Origin: Lachnospiraceae bacterium | GTDB lineage: Bacteria > Bacillota > Clostridia > Lachnospirales > Lachnospiraceae | NCBI GenBank assembly: GCA_900771955.1 | Contig: CAAGPW010000167.1 | Coordinates: 15,951-79,950 of the forward strand | Length of the DNA: 64,000 bases | Reading direction: 5' to 3' | Shown here: positions 47,653 through 56,129 of the stretch, in pieces | How positions within the stretch are numbered: the first letter of the stretch is position 1 | How the letters are laid out: every line of letters starts with the position of its first letter | Program-made: the position numbers and the translations under genes | The notes under the pieces: generated by a model | What the model was told of the DNA's origin: nothing | Seen by the model: the letters and a program-made list of their open reading frames with translations, nothing else | The model's database searches: none

Positions 47653-50421
47653 TTATAAACCGAAAGATTTTACCAGATTATAGAACTCCTGAGAACCGGA
47701 GAATCCGTTGACAACGTCTTCTCTGGTCGCACCGGAATTCATTCTGTTCATCCAGTCATTGTATCCGTCTGTATCTGCCTCACGGTCAAAATAAGTCTCA
47801 TACATAACCTTGATGAACTGGTCATTGTTCAGGTTTCTGTTCTTGAACTCATCAGAGAAGATGAAGCCCCATACAACCTCTGCGGGATCCTTGCCATTGA
47901 GGATCTGTCCGGTCCAGTTGTTCATTCCTTCATCATCCAGATAGCTTCTGTTCAGCGCTTTGTAATAGATTCTTGCCACAAATGCACTGACATTTTCATT
48001 CTGGTCTCTTGCCTGGCTCAGTTCTACGGAACCACGGATGATTCCGAAACGGTTGCACAGATTCTGGAACTCATCAGACTCTGCAAAACCATGATATACG
48101 AATTCTCTGGACATACCGTTTCTCAGGCTCTTCATCCAGTCGCTCTTGCCGCCTTCGTCAGCATCTCTGTCGAACATGGTACGATAGAGAACATTAACAT
48201 ATGCATCCTCGGAAAGATTCTTATTCTTGAATTCATCGGAGAAGAAGAAGCCCTGTGCTACCTGTGCACCGCTCTCCCGACCGGTCATCAGACGGTTGGT
48301 CCAGTCATCCAGACCTGCCTGCTCCGCATCACGTCCCAGTGCTACGGTATACAGACGGCTTACAAATGCACGGATCTGCTTCTCATCACCGTTACCGGAA
48401 CCATTGTTGGAGGAGCCGTTCAGTCCCTCCAGGCTGTTCATACCCAGATACAGAGTATTTCCAGCATGATCCTCTGCGAACACACCTACCTTGGAAGCAT
48501 CGGTGGACGGATAGGTTACGCTGAAGCTGCCGGAATCATTCGTTGTTACGGTCTGCTTCGTATTGTTAATAACTACGCCTGCTTTTGTATTGGCAATATC
48601 GCAGTATGCGTTTGTCTCAGTTGCAGTAATATTAAGGCCCTGAATGTAATTGGTCTGAATCGTGCTGCTGGTTCCATCGATCAGGATACCATTTCTTCCC
48701 CTAAAGCTCTGTCCACTGATAAATACACTGTTGTTCTTCGCATCTATCGTACCGCTCTGTACATAGATTCCCAGATAACCGAAGTTACCGATGCTGTTGT
48801 TGTTCAGTGTTACTTTACTGTTCTTTGCATGGATGCCGTATCCATCAGCATCCAGTTTGCTCTGGTATACATTGACATTCTCGATGGATGCCGTTGCTCC
48901 ATCAACGGTAATACCAAAGTTTCCGTTGCTTTCATAAATATTACCACCATTCATGGTAACATTGGACTTTTCAATAACTACACCGCTTCCACTGGTGCTT
49001 CTTACAGTACAGTTCGTTATGGAACCGGAAGAAGTTCCTGTCTTGCCATCGAAATCCTTACCGTCAAATACGATACCGTTCTTAGCACCCTCAACGGTAT
49101 TGCCGCTCAGATCTGCCTGCGTACCTCTGGAAATAGAGATACCGCCGTTAGCAGCATTCTTTACCGTGTTGTTCTTGATAGTGGTGCCGGAGGACTGGTA
49201 ACTTGTCTGAATACCATGGTTTCCGGAATTCTGTACGGTGTTGCCTTCTACTGTAACATTCTGACAGCGATTTACGATAATACCGTTACCGATGTTTGCT
49301 TTGAAGCTCTTGGTATCCGTGATCGTATTATTCACCAGCTTGGTACCGTTACAACTGTAATCCAGTACCACACCTTCTCCGTTGCCGCCTTCGGTGACAG
49401 CATTACCGCTGAAGGTATTGTCGTGAATATTGGAATTGGTATCACCCATCATATAAAATCCCATGAAACCACTGTTTTTCACGGTATTGTTTCCAATATC
49501 ATTATTGGCTCCGCGCTGAAAATAGATACCTACATGGGTAGAATTTTCAATCGTGTTGTTTGAAATTTTGGTATTGCCTGCGGCAACATAGATACCGTTA
49601 CCACCGGAATTACGGATGGTGTTATTCTGGACAACAGTATTATCCACCTGTACCATAATACCGTTATTGCTGCTGCCATTCAGTTCACAGGCCGTAATCT
49701 CTACGCCGGACGCACCGCTCAGTACCTGGATCTGTTTCAGGCCGGTAACGCCATTCAAAACATAGTTGCTGCCGGTAATGTTGAAGGTACCTTCTGTATT
49801 ACCACCCAGATTACAATTCTTGAGAGTAACATTGGCAGTACTCTCAAAGATAAACGGCTGGGTTGCTCCGGTATAAGTACCTCCGTTCACCGTAACACTG
49901 TTGGAACCTGCAAAGTATACACAATCCGCACTGCCGCTGTTCAACGTACAGTTCTCCAGATTAATGCCGGTGGCATTCTGGATTACGAAGCGGTGATCTA
50001 CCTTTGCGGAGGTTGCGGGGATCGTCATATTCTTAAGATTGATATTGGACGCTTCGTTGAAATCCACTACAGAACCGGTATCGCTGATCCAGGTACCACC
50101 GTTGACGGTCACATTGCTCAGTGTGGTGCTTCCGTCACTGGTCAGGATCGGTGTGTTCTGATTATTGTTGCGGATCGTTGCACCGTTTGCATTGATCGTT
50201 GTGTTCGGGTATACATACAGGAAACGGCTGATGGTATAATCTCCTGCCGGAATGGTTACCGTAACCGCCTCACTGCTTCCTTTTGCCTGATCCAAAGCAG
50301 CCTGGATATCGCCGTTCTGCACCGTCGCTTCCTTTGCACTGACAGGCAGTACGAACAGGAATGCTGCTGCAAAGACACTGCAGGCCATTTTTGCTATGGA
50401 ACCTAATTTTGTTCTTTTCAT
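47653..50421 (-). CDS. Secreted right-handed parallel beta-helix (PbH1 repeat) protein with three C-terminal DUF4214-like units.
   Basis: Signal peptide. Repeated NNTIxNSGxxGIYV motifs. C-terminal FVSRLYTVALGRDAEQAGLDDW-type repeats. Confidence 0.7.
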   Translation of the reverse strand: MKRTKLGSIAKMACSVFAAAFLFVLPVSAKEATVQNGDIQAALDQAKGSSEAVTVTIPAGDYTISRFLYVYPNTTINANGATIRNNNQNTPILTSDGSTTLSNVTVNGGTWISDTGSVVDFNEASNINLKNMTIPATSAKVDHRFVIQNATGINLENCTLNSGSADCVYFAGSNSVTVNGGTYTGATQPFIFESTANVTLKNCNLGGNTEGTFNITGSNYVLNGVTGLKQIQVLSGASGVEITACELNGSSNNGIMVQVDNTVVQNNTIRNSGGNGIYVAAGNTKISNNTIENSTHVGIYFQRGANNDIGNNTVKNSGFMGFYMMGDTNSNIHDNTFSGNAVTEGGNGEGVVLDYSCNGTKLVNNTITDTKSFKANIGNGIIVNRCQNVTVEGNTVQNSGNHGIQTSYQSSGTTIKNNTVKNAANGGISISRGTQADLSGNTVEGAKNGIVFDGKDFDGKTGTSSGSITNCTVRSTSGSGVVIEKSNVTMNGGNIYESNGNFGITVDGATASIENVNVYQSKLDADGYGIHAKNSKVTLNNNSIGNFGYLGIYVQSGTIDAKNNSVFISGQSFRGRNGILIDGTSSTIQTNYIQGLNITATETNAYCDIANTKAGVVINNTKQTVTTNDSGSFSVTYPSTDASKVGVFAEDHAGNTLYLGMNSLEGLNGSSNNGSGNGDEKQIRAFVSRLYTVALGRDAEQAGLDDWTNRLMTGRESGAQVAQGFFFSDEFKNKNLSEDAYVNVLYRTMFDRDADEGGKSDWMKSLRNGMSREFVYHGFAESDEFQNLCNRFGIIRGSVELSQARDQNENVSAFVARIYYKALNRSYLDDEGMNNWTGQILNGKDPAEVVWGFIFSDEFKNRNLNNDQFIKVMYETYFDREADTDGYNDWMNRMNSGATREDVVNGFSGSQEFYNLVKSFGL

Positions 50422-50499
50422 TTTGTTTCCTATCTCCCTCCTCTGGGTATCTTAAGTCCTTTTTACTCTAACCTATCATAAACCTATCATATCACGATA

Positions 50500-50536
50500 A
50501 CCGTGAAAAAACAACAAAAAAGACCTTCCGCAGAAG
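50500..50536. terminator. Strong bidirectional intrinsic terminator.
   Basis: aaaaagaccttc-cgca-gaaggtcttttt with an A-run and a T-run. Confidence 0.7.
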
Positions 50537-50564
50537 GTCTTTTCCGATATCCTGCCTTCAGACC

Positions 50565-51800
50565 TTATTTCAGTCCGTAAGCCTTTACAATATTGTTAAA
50601 TTCCACGCTGTCTGCAAATCCGTCAAATACCTTCTCTCTGGTGGTACCTGCCTGCAGCTTTGCCACCCAGTCATCCAGTCCTGCCGCATCCGGCTCTCTG
50701 TCCATCATGGTACGGTAAAGCATGGTGACAAACTCACGGTTGCTCAGATTGCGGTTGGTCATCTCCTTGGAGAATACGAATCCGGAAGCTACCTGCTTGG
50801 GTGTCTGCTGCTTCTCTAACAGTTTGCCCGTCCAGTCATTCAGGCCGTTGACATCTGCGGAACGATCCAGAGCGATGGTGTACAGACGGCTTACAAAAGC
50901 AGTTACCTGACGATTCTTGTCTCTGTTTTCCTTGGTCTCCACCTTGCCCTGCTGAATCGAATAAGTATTGCACAGTGCATTAAATTCTGCGGACTCCGCA
51001 AATCCCTTCAATACATAGGTACGGGACATGCCGTTGTCCAGAGCATCTACCCAGTCAGCCTTGCCGTCCGCATCCCCTGCGCGGTCAAACAGTGCCTGAT
51101 ATAAGATCTCTACATATTCCTCATTGGAAGTGTTCTTGTTGCCAAATTCCGGGCTGAAGAAGAAATTCCATGCCGTGGTCGCGCCTGTGGTGCTTCCGTT
51201 GTAAAGCTTCTCACTCCACTCCTTCAATCCTGCGGCATCAGCCTTTCTCTGGAATACCTTGTTGTACAGACGCTCTACGAACTGTCTGTCCAGGATCAGA
51301 TGATAATCCTCCAGAGTCACGGTGTAAGACTCCGTGTTGTTCACAGCATCACCCTTGTCGGAATTGTAGAAGGATGTGCAGCTGATCGTATATACACCGG
51401 GTGTAAATACCTTGCAGTCGGTCGTATCCCAAGTATATGTAATATCAGAGCTTCCCTTCACTGCCTCAAAGTCAGCATTCTTTCTTGCTACCAGATTAGA
51501 AGCTGCCACGCTGTCTCCCTTGAAAATACGGATCTCGTAGCGCTCCATACTGTTGCCAAACGTTCTGACATTGAACAGCAGATTGATCTTGGTGTTGTTG
51601 GAATAGGTTGCATCATACATGGTGGGATCGGGATAAATCGCAGCATGTGCATCTGCCTCCACCAGATCCTCATCCTGTGCTGTCTGCACTACAGATGTCA
51701 GTGCCAGTTCCTGTACATCTTCCTCCGCTGCCAGTGCAGTAGCAGAAAAAGTCAGGCACAGAGCCACTGTAGCGATCATGCCTTTGAACATCTTTTTCAT
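50565..51800 (-). CDS. Secreted protein with an N-terminal Ig-like domain and DUF4214-like repeats.
   Basis: Signal peptide MKKMFKGMIATVALCLTFSATALA. C-terminal FVERLYNKVFQRKADAAGLKEW-type repeats. Confidence 0.6.
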   Translation of the reverse strand: MKKMFKGMIATVALCLTFSATALAAEEDVQELALTSVVQTAQDEDLVEADAHAAIYPDPTMYDATYSNNTKINLLFNVRTFGNSMERYEIRIFKGDSVAASNLVARKNADFEAVKGSSDITYTWDTTDCKVFTPGVYTISCTSFYNSDKGDAVNNTESYTVTLEDYHLILDRQFVERLYNKVFQRKADAAGLKEWSEKLYNGSTTGATTAWNFFFSPEFGNKNTSNEEYVEILYQALFDRAGDADGKADWVDALDNGMSRTYVLKGFAESAEFNALCNTYSIQQGKVETKENRDKNRQVTAFVSRLYTIALDRSADVNGLNDWTGKLLEKQQTPKQVASGFVFSKEMTNRNLSNREFVTMLYRTMMDREPDAAGLDDWVAKLQAGTTREKVFDGFADSVEFNNIVKAYGLK

Positions 51801-51889
51801 TTTGCTTCCTCCTTATTAATTGTCAGATTCTGTTTTCATTATAGCTTGTTCTGTATTTGTTTGACAATCATAATATCCTTAATTTTATT

Positions 51890-53932
51890 TTAATTTTTAC
51901 AGCGGCCGTTCCGATATTCTTCGGAATCCTCAAATCCTCTCCGAAGTACTGTCTCCTCTGCTCCCAGGCTTTTCTGCTCTGCCCAGTAGGTCAGTCCCGG
52001 AAGATCAAAGGTACGATTCAGAAATTCCCTGTAATACCCACAGATATCCTCCAGCGTCACCTCGTATTGCCGCTCCAGGCACTGTTTCAATATCTCCTGC
52101 CTGTCCGTGATCTCCGGATGCAGCATCCGAAATTCCTCTGATGCCAGGAATCCTTCCAGAAGCTGTATTCCATTCCAGCCATTCTGTCGTCTTTCGATCC
52201 AGTCTGCCAGTCCTGCTCCCTCTCCCTGTCTCTGCAAAAGCCCCTGATACAGTCCGTCTATTGCGTTCTCTGTCTCCGCACCGGCAGCCCCTTCGGGAAG
52301 TTTTTTCAAAAATTCCTCATAGATCTCCAGGATCCGGTCCTCCGAAAGTTCCCGGTCCTCCTCCGGAACTGTTCCCTTCTTTACAAGCAGTTTGATCCGG
52401 AAATTTCTCCCCCGGGTACTTCCATAGTCCGTCCACGATCCGCCCGTTTTGAGATAGCTGGTCTGTTCTCCTCCCAGTGCGGTACAGTGTGTGCGTCCCA
52501 GAGAGGCCGTCGCATCCGTGTAAATGCCTGCTTTGTCACCAATGATTTCCAGAACAATGGAAATTTTTGTTCCTGCCTCCTGTTCCTGTACCGTTGGCAG
52601 ATCTATGGTATAGCTTCCGGGTTCCTCCAGATATCCCTCCACCGGTTCCTTCCACAGGGCTTCTCCCGATTGCGGATCCGTTGCATTGGAATTTCGATAT
52701 AACTGCAGACGATAAGACAGATTTCCATAAGGGACAGCCACGCTGACCGCCGCAGGGATCTCCCGGCTTCCACCGGTTCCTTCCAGTGTATAGCAGTTTG
52801 CCACTGTCAATGTTCCCTCTGTACTCTCGATACCATCCAACAGGGTGTTGTCACACTGATAAATATTGTCATAGGCATCTGCGCCAGACGCCTCCATCAC
52901 ATAGACCTTTTCCGCCACCGAAGCATCCTCATAGGACAGCCAGAAATATCCCCCGCTTCCGAATATGGTTCCCCAGGTGTTTTTCACCAGCCACGCCCCA
53001 TCTGCAGAGGGTTTCGTCCTGAAATTATCTCTGGAATATGCATCGTCCCAGCCCACGATCACCACCGCATGATCCGCCCGAAGATCCATAGGACTGAACT
53101 GCGCACCGGTATCGTAATTGTAATATTCCAGTCCGCTGTAATAAGTGATCCCCGCCGCACCGTAAGCAAGGATTGCTTCCTTTACCGCTCTCCGGTCCCC
53201 GGAAGAGATCCAATAACCGTTCTGCAGGCGGAGCTGCGCATTGCGGTAGACATAGGCACTCGTCTGATCCGGTATCTGTCCCGCCAGATCATAGGGGGCT
53301 GTGCTCTCCCCGGCGGCCCCGGCATAGCTTCCCAGTGTTCTTAACGCATAGTCATATTTTCCACCATTGCGGAAGCAGACGGATGCCACGCCGGAATCTG
53401 CATACCCGGTTCCTTCCCCCTCCTGCTGCCCCGGGGTCCCCGTAACGGAATGAAAGGTAAAATAAACCAGATGTCGTTCTGACAGATCTGTCACACCTGC
53501 AATTCCCTTTTTCAGGGCATTCAGCTCCAGAAGCTCCAGTGATGAAAATGCCCAGCAGTCCCCATATTTTTGTGTCTTAACACTGGTCTCTATTCCTTCT
53601 TCCCTTGCATCGTAACGTTCCGGCAGCTCCGGATCTGCAAGGGAAAAGGTACTGATCTGCGCCGGAGCATCCCACAGGGAATCCGCGTCATCTTCCAGAT
53701 ATTCTCCCTGCCCGGCATATGCTGCTACCGCATCCCGGACTGCCTCCCGTTCCGCTTCCGTCATCGGGCGTCCGTAAATATAATCCTGTATCCGGGCATC
53801 CCCGCCGGATACGCTTGCCGTTTCCGCTGCATTGGCCCCTATTTGAGGAAAGCCTGCCAGCCAAAATGCCAGCAGACCTCCTGCAAAAAGCCAAAGAATT
53901 CTTTTCCTGTTGTTACTCTTATTCCACACCAT
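51890..53932 (-). CDS. Secreted papain-like (C1 family) cysteine peptidase with C-terminal DUF4214-like repeats.
   Basis: QKYGDCWAFSS (catalytic Cys). ADHAVVIVGWDD (catalytic His). C-terminal repeats. Confidence 0.65.
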   Translation of the reverse strand: MVWNKSNNRKRILWLFAGGLLAFWLAGFPQIGANAAETASVSGGDARIQDYIYGRPMTEAEREAVRDAVAAYAGQGEYLEDDADSLWDAPAQISTFSLADPELPERYDAREEGIETSVKTQKYGDCWAFSSLELLELNALKKGIAGVTDLSERHLVYFTFHSVTGTPGQQEGEGTGYADSGVASVCFRNGGKYDYALRTLGSYAGAAGESTAPYDLAGQIPDQTSAYVYRNAQLRLQNGYWISSGDRRAVKEAILAYGAAGITYYSGLEYYNYDTGAQFSPMDLRADHAVVIVGWDDAYSRDNFRTKPSADGAWLVKNTWGTIFGSGGYFWLSYEDASVAEKVYVMEASGADAYDNIYQCDNTLLDGIESTEGTLTVANCYTLEGTGGSREIPAAVSVAVPYGNLSYRLQLYRNSNATDPQSGEALWKEPVEGYLEEPGSYTIDLPTVQEQEAGTKISIVLEIIGDKAGIYTDATASLGRTHCTALGGEQTSYLKTGGSWTDYGSTRGRNFRIKLLVKKGTVPEEDRELSEDRILEIYEEFLKKLPEGAAGAETENAIDGLYQGLLQRQGEGAGLADWIERRQNGWNGIQLLEGFLASEEFRMLHPEITDRQEILKQCLERQYEVTLEDICGYYREFLNRTFDLPGLTYWAEQKSLGAEETVLRRGFEDSEEYRNGRCKN

Positions 53933-56078
53933 ATGCCTTCATTAATTCATGGAACTCTGTACTTCTGGCGAATCCACGAAATACCTCTTCTCTGTCTGTA
54001 CCGCTGTTCAGTCTTCCGACCCAGTCTTCCAGTCCTGCCTCATCGTATTCCCGGTCCAGGAAAGTACGATACATGATCTTTACAAAGTCCTCATTGGAGG
54101 TTTCCCGGTTCAGGAACTCCTGGGAAAATACGAATCCGTGAGCCACATTTTCTGTCGTGTCTGCTTTCGTCAGGATCGTCTTGCACCAGTTTTCAATGCC
54201 ATCATCCTCACCCTGTCTGTCCAACAGCTTATTGTACAGCCGGTTCACAAAAGAGGTCACGCCCTCGTTCTGGTCACGATAGCTGCCCAGGGTTACCGTT
54301 CCCTGGATCACTCCATACTGGCTGCAGACATTTGCAAATTCCTCCGAATTGGCAAATCCGCGGTATACATATTCTCTGCTCATTCCCATATTCAGTTTTG
54401 CCATCCAGTTATCCATGCCGCCTTCATCCGCGGTTCTGTCAAACATGACCTTATAGAGCACTTCTATGTAGTCCTTATTGCCCAGTCCCTTGTTGCGGAA
54501 TTCATCACTGAAGAAAAATCCCTGTGCCACTTCCGCGCCGGTCTTGTCCCCCTTGCGAAGAGCTTCGTACCAGTAGTCGATCTCGGAATCCTCATAAGAG
54601 GTTCTGCCCAGGGCATCCTGATACAGTCTGACTACAAATGCGCGAAGCTTCTGTGTCTGTTCCTCGGGGATCGTATCCGGATCCACCTGTCCGGAGCTGC
54701 TGTTACCGCTGTCCGGAGAAGGACAGGCTGAGGCCGGCATATTATTGTACACCGGGATCTTGAATACAAACGGATTCTCCAGTGCTCCCGCACGATTATA
54801 TGCGGTACGGATCTGTGATCCCTCGGACATGGGAGCCGTAATATTCTGCTGATACTGATGGGAATATAGTCCGTTGTAGGAAGCATCCACATCAAACTTT
54901 TGCAGATACAAAGTATCCTGTCCTTTGAGAATATAGTTCTTCGAGATAAACTCCGCTCCGCCGGACAGAGATTTCAGTCTGGTATCCCAGCCTTTGTTCT
55001 TTGCCGTAGTAAGTCCATTGACATAGATGGTCTCCTCTGAACCGCCGGAAGCCCCGATATTGTAATAATTGTAATACCCTTCATATCCGGGATAAGTTCC
55101 GGAGATCAGCGGAGAAGTTCCCGATGTTCCCTGCTCCTGATACACCCGGCACGCCAGATGGAACGGACTTACTCCCAGACTGTTGCCAATGTTGTAAAAT
55201 GCCTGTGCATACGTGGTTCCTTCTCCCGGAACTTCGCCCTCCATAAAGGATCCGTTCAAAATATTCTGCACCGCAGCCTCTGTATGATTCTGGGCATTAT
55301 AGGTTAGCTGCTCAAACATGAAAATATAGGGATCACTGGTAAAATTACGGGGATCCAGACAATATTCCACTGCTGACCGGGATGCAATATACCATCCGTT
55401 CTGTGCCGCCGGTTCCGCTTTCCAGCCGTCCCCTTTTGTCCTGTAGACCCAGCTCCGGTTATTCTGCATCTCTGCATCCACCACATCGCTCCAGTTAAGG
55501 TTCGTCCGCATGGGAACAAAGGTCCAGTTGGGATGTGCCGCTTTTAGCTGTACCAATGCTGCCCGGTAGGATTCCGGAAAAGACAGAATATCTTCATTTC
55601 CGCTTCTCACCAGATCCTCCGCACACTCTCCGTGTGCGGATGCTACCTGTTCCTCCCAGCTTCTGAAATCCGCATCCGCAGATACCAGATTTGCCGCCTC
55701 TATGTACCCTTGGCTTTCCACATCATTCACGGCAAATGTTACTTCATACCACACAACGCCTTCTGCCAGTCTCGCCCCACGGATCAGCACCTGGCTTCCC
55801 GAAGGAAGCTCTCCCACAATCTCTGCCGTCTCATCGGGACTTCTGCGGACAGCATATTCCTCTGTAAGATATACCGTTGCCATGACTACCCTGCTGTCCA
55901 GGATCTGCTGCAGTTGTTCCTGTTCTTCCCCGGACAGTGAATCCTCCTGCACATCGGTCTCCGTTCCACCGGAAATGCCCTGTGTTCCGGACGCATACAC
56001 CGGGAATGAATTTACGGACAGTAACATTGCCGCAGTCAGTCCTGCCGCCATCTGTCTGTATAACCATTTCTTTTTCAT
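53919..56078 (-). CDS. Secreted cell-wall hydrolase-like protein (SH3b-like plus a glucosaminidase-like domain) with C-terminal DUF4214-like repeats.
   Basis: Signal peptide. GAEFISKNYILKGQDTLYLQKF segment resembles GH73/FlgJ-type glucosaminidases. Three C-terminal repeats. Confidence 0.5.
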   Translation of the reverse strand: MKKKWLYRQMAAGLTAAMLLSVNSFPVYASGTQGISGGTETDVQEDSLSGEEQEQLQQILDSRVVMATVYLTEEYAVRRSPDETAEIVGELPSGSQVLIRGARLAEGVVWYEVTFAVNDVESQGYIEAANLVSADADFRSWEEQVASAHGECAEDLVRSGNEDILSFPESYRAALVQLKAAHPNWTFVPMRTNLNWSDVVDAEMQNNRSWVYRTKGDGWKAEPAAQNGWYIASRSAVEYCLDPRNFTSDPYIFMFEQLTYNAQNHTEAAVQNILNGSFMEGEVPGEGTTYAQAFYNIGNSLGVSPFHLACRVYQEQGTSGTSPLISGTYPGYEGYYNYYNIGASGGSEETIYVNGLTTAKNKGWDTRLKSLSGGAEFISKNYILKGQDTLYLQKFDVDASYNGLYSHQYQQNITAPMSEGSQIRTAYNRAGALENPFVFKIPVYNNMPASACPSPDSGNSSSGQVDPDTIPEEQTQKLRAFVVRLYQDALGRTSYEDSEIDYWYEALRKGDKTGAEVAQGFFFSDEFRNKGLGNKDYIEVLYKVMFDRTADEGGMDNWMAKLNMGMSREYVYRGFANSEEFANVCSQYGVIQGTVTLGSYRDQNEGVTSFVNRLYNKLLDRQGEDDGIENWCKTILTKADTTENVAHGFVFSQEFLNRETSNEDFVKIMYRTFLDREYDEAGLEDWVGRLNSGTDREEVFRGFARSTEFHELMKAYGVE

Positions 56079-56129
56079 AAATGCTCCTACTCCTCTCTGC
56101 GGATCTGCTCCTCCTCCTCCGATCCTGTC

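Noticed and set aside
48091-49563. 490-aa plus-strand ORF antisense to the beta-helix gene.
   Set aside because: Lies entirely within a well-supported minus-strand gene. Low-complexity Ile/Gly/Thr-rich mirror of beta-helix repeats. No RBS.
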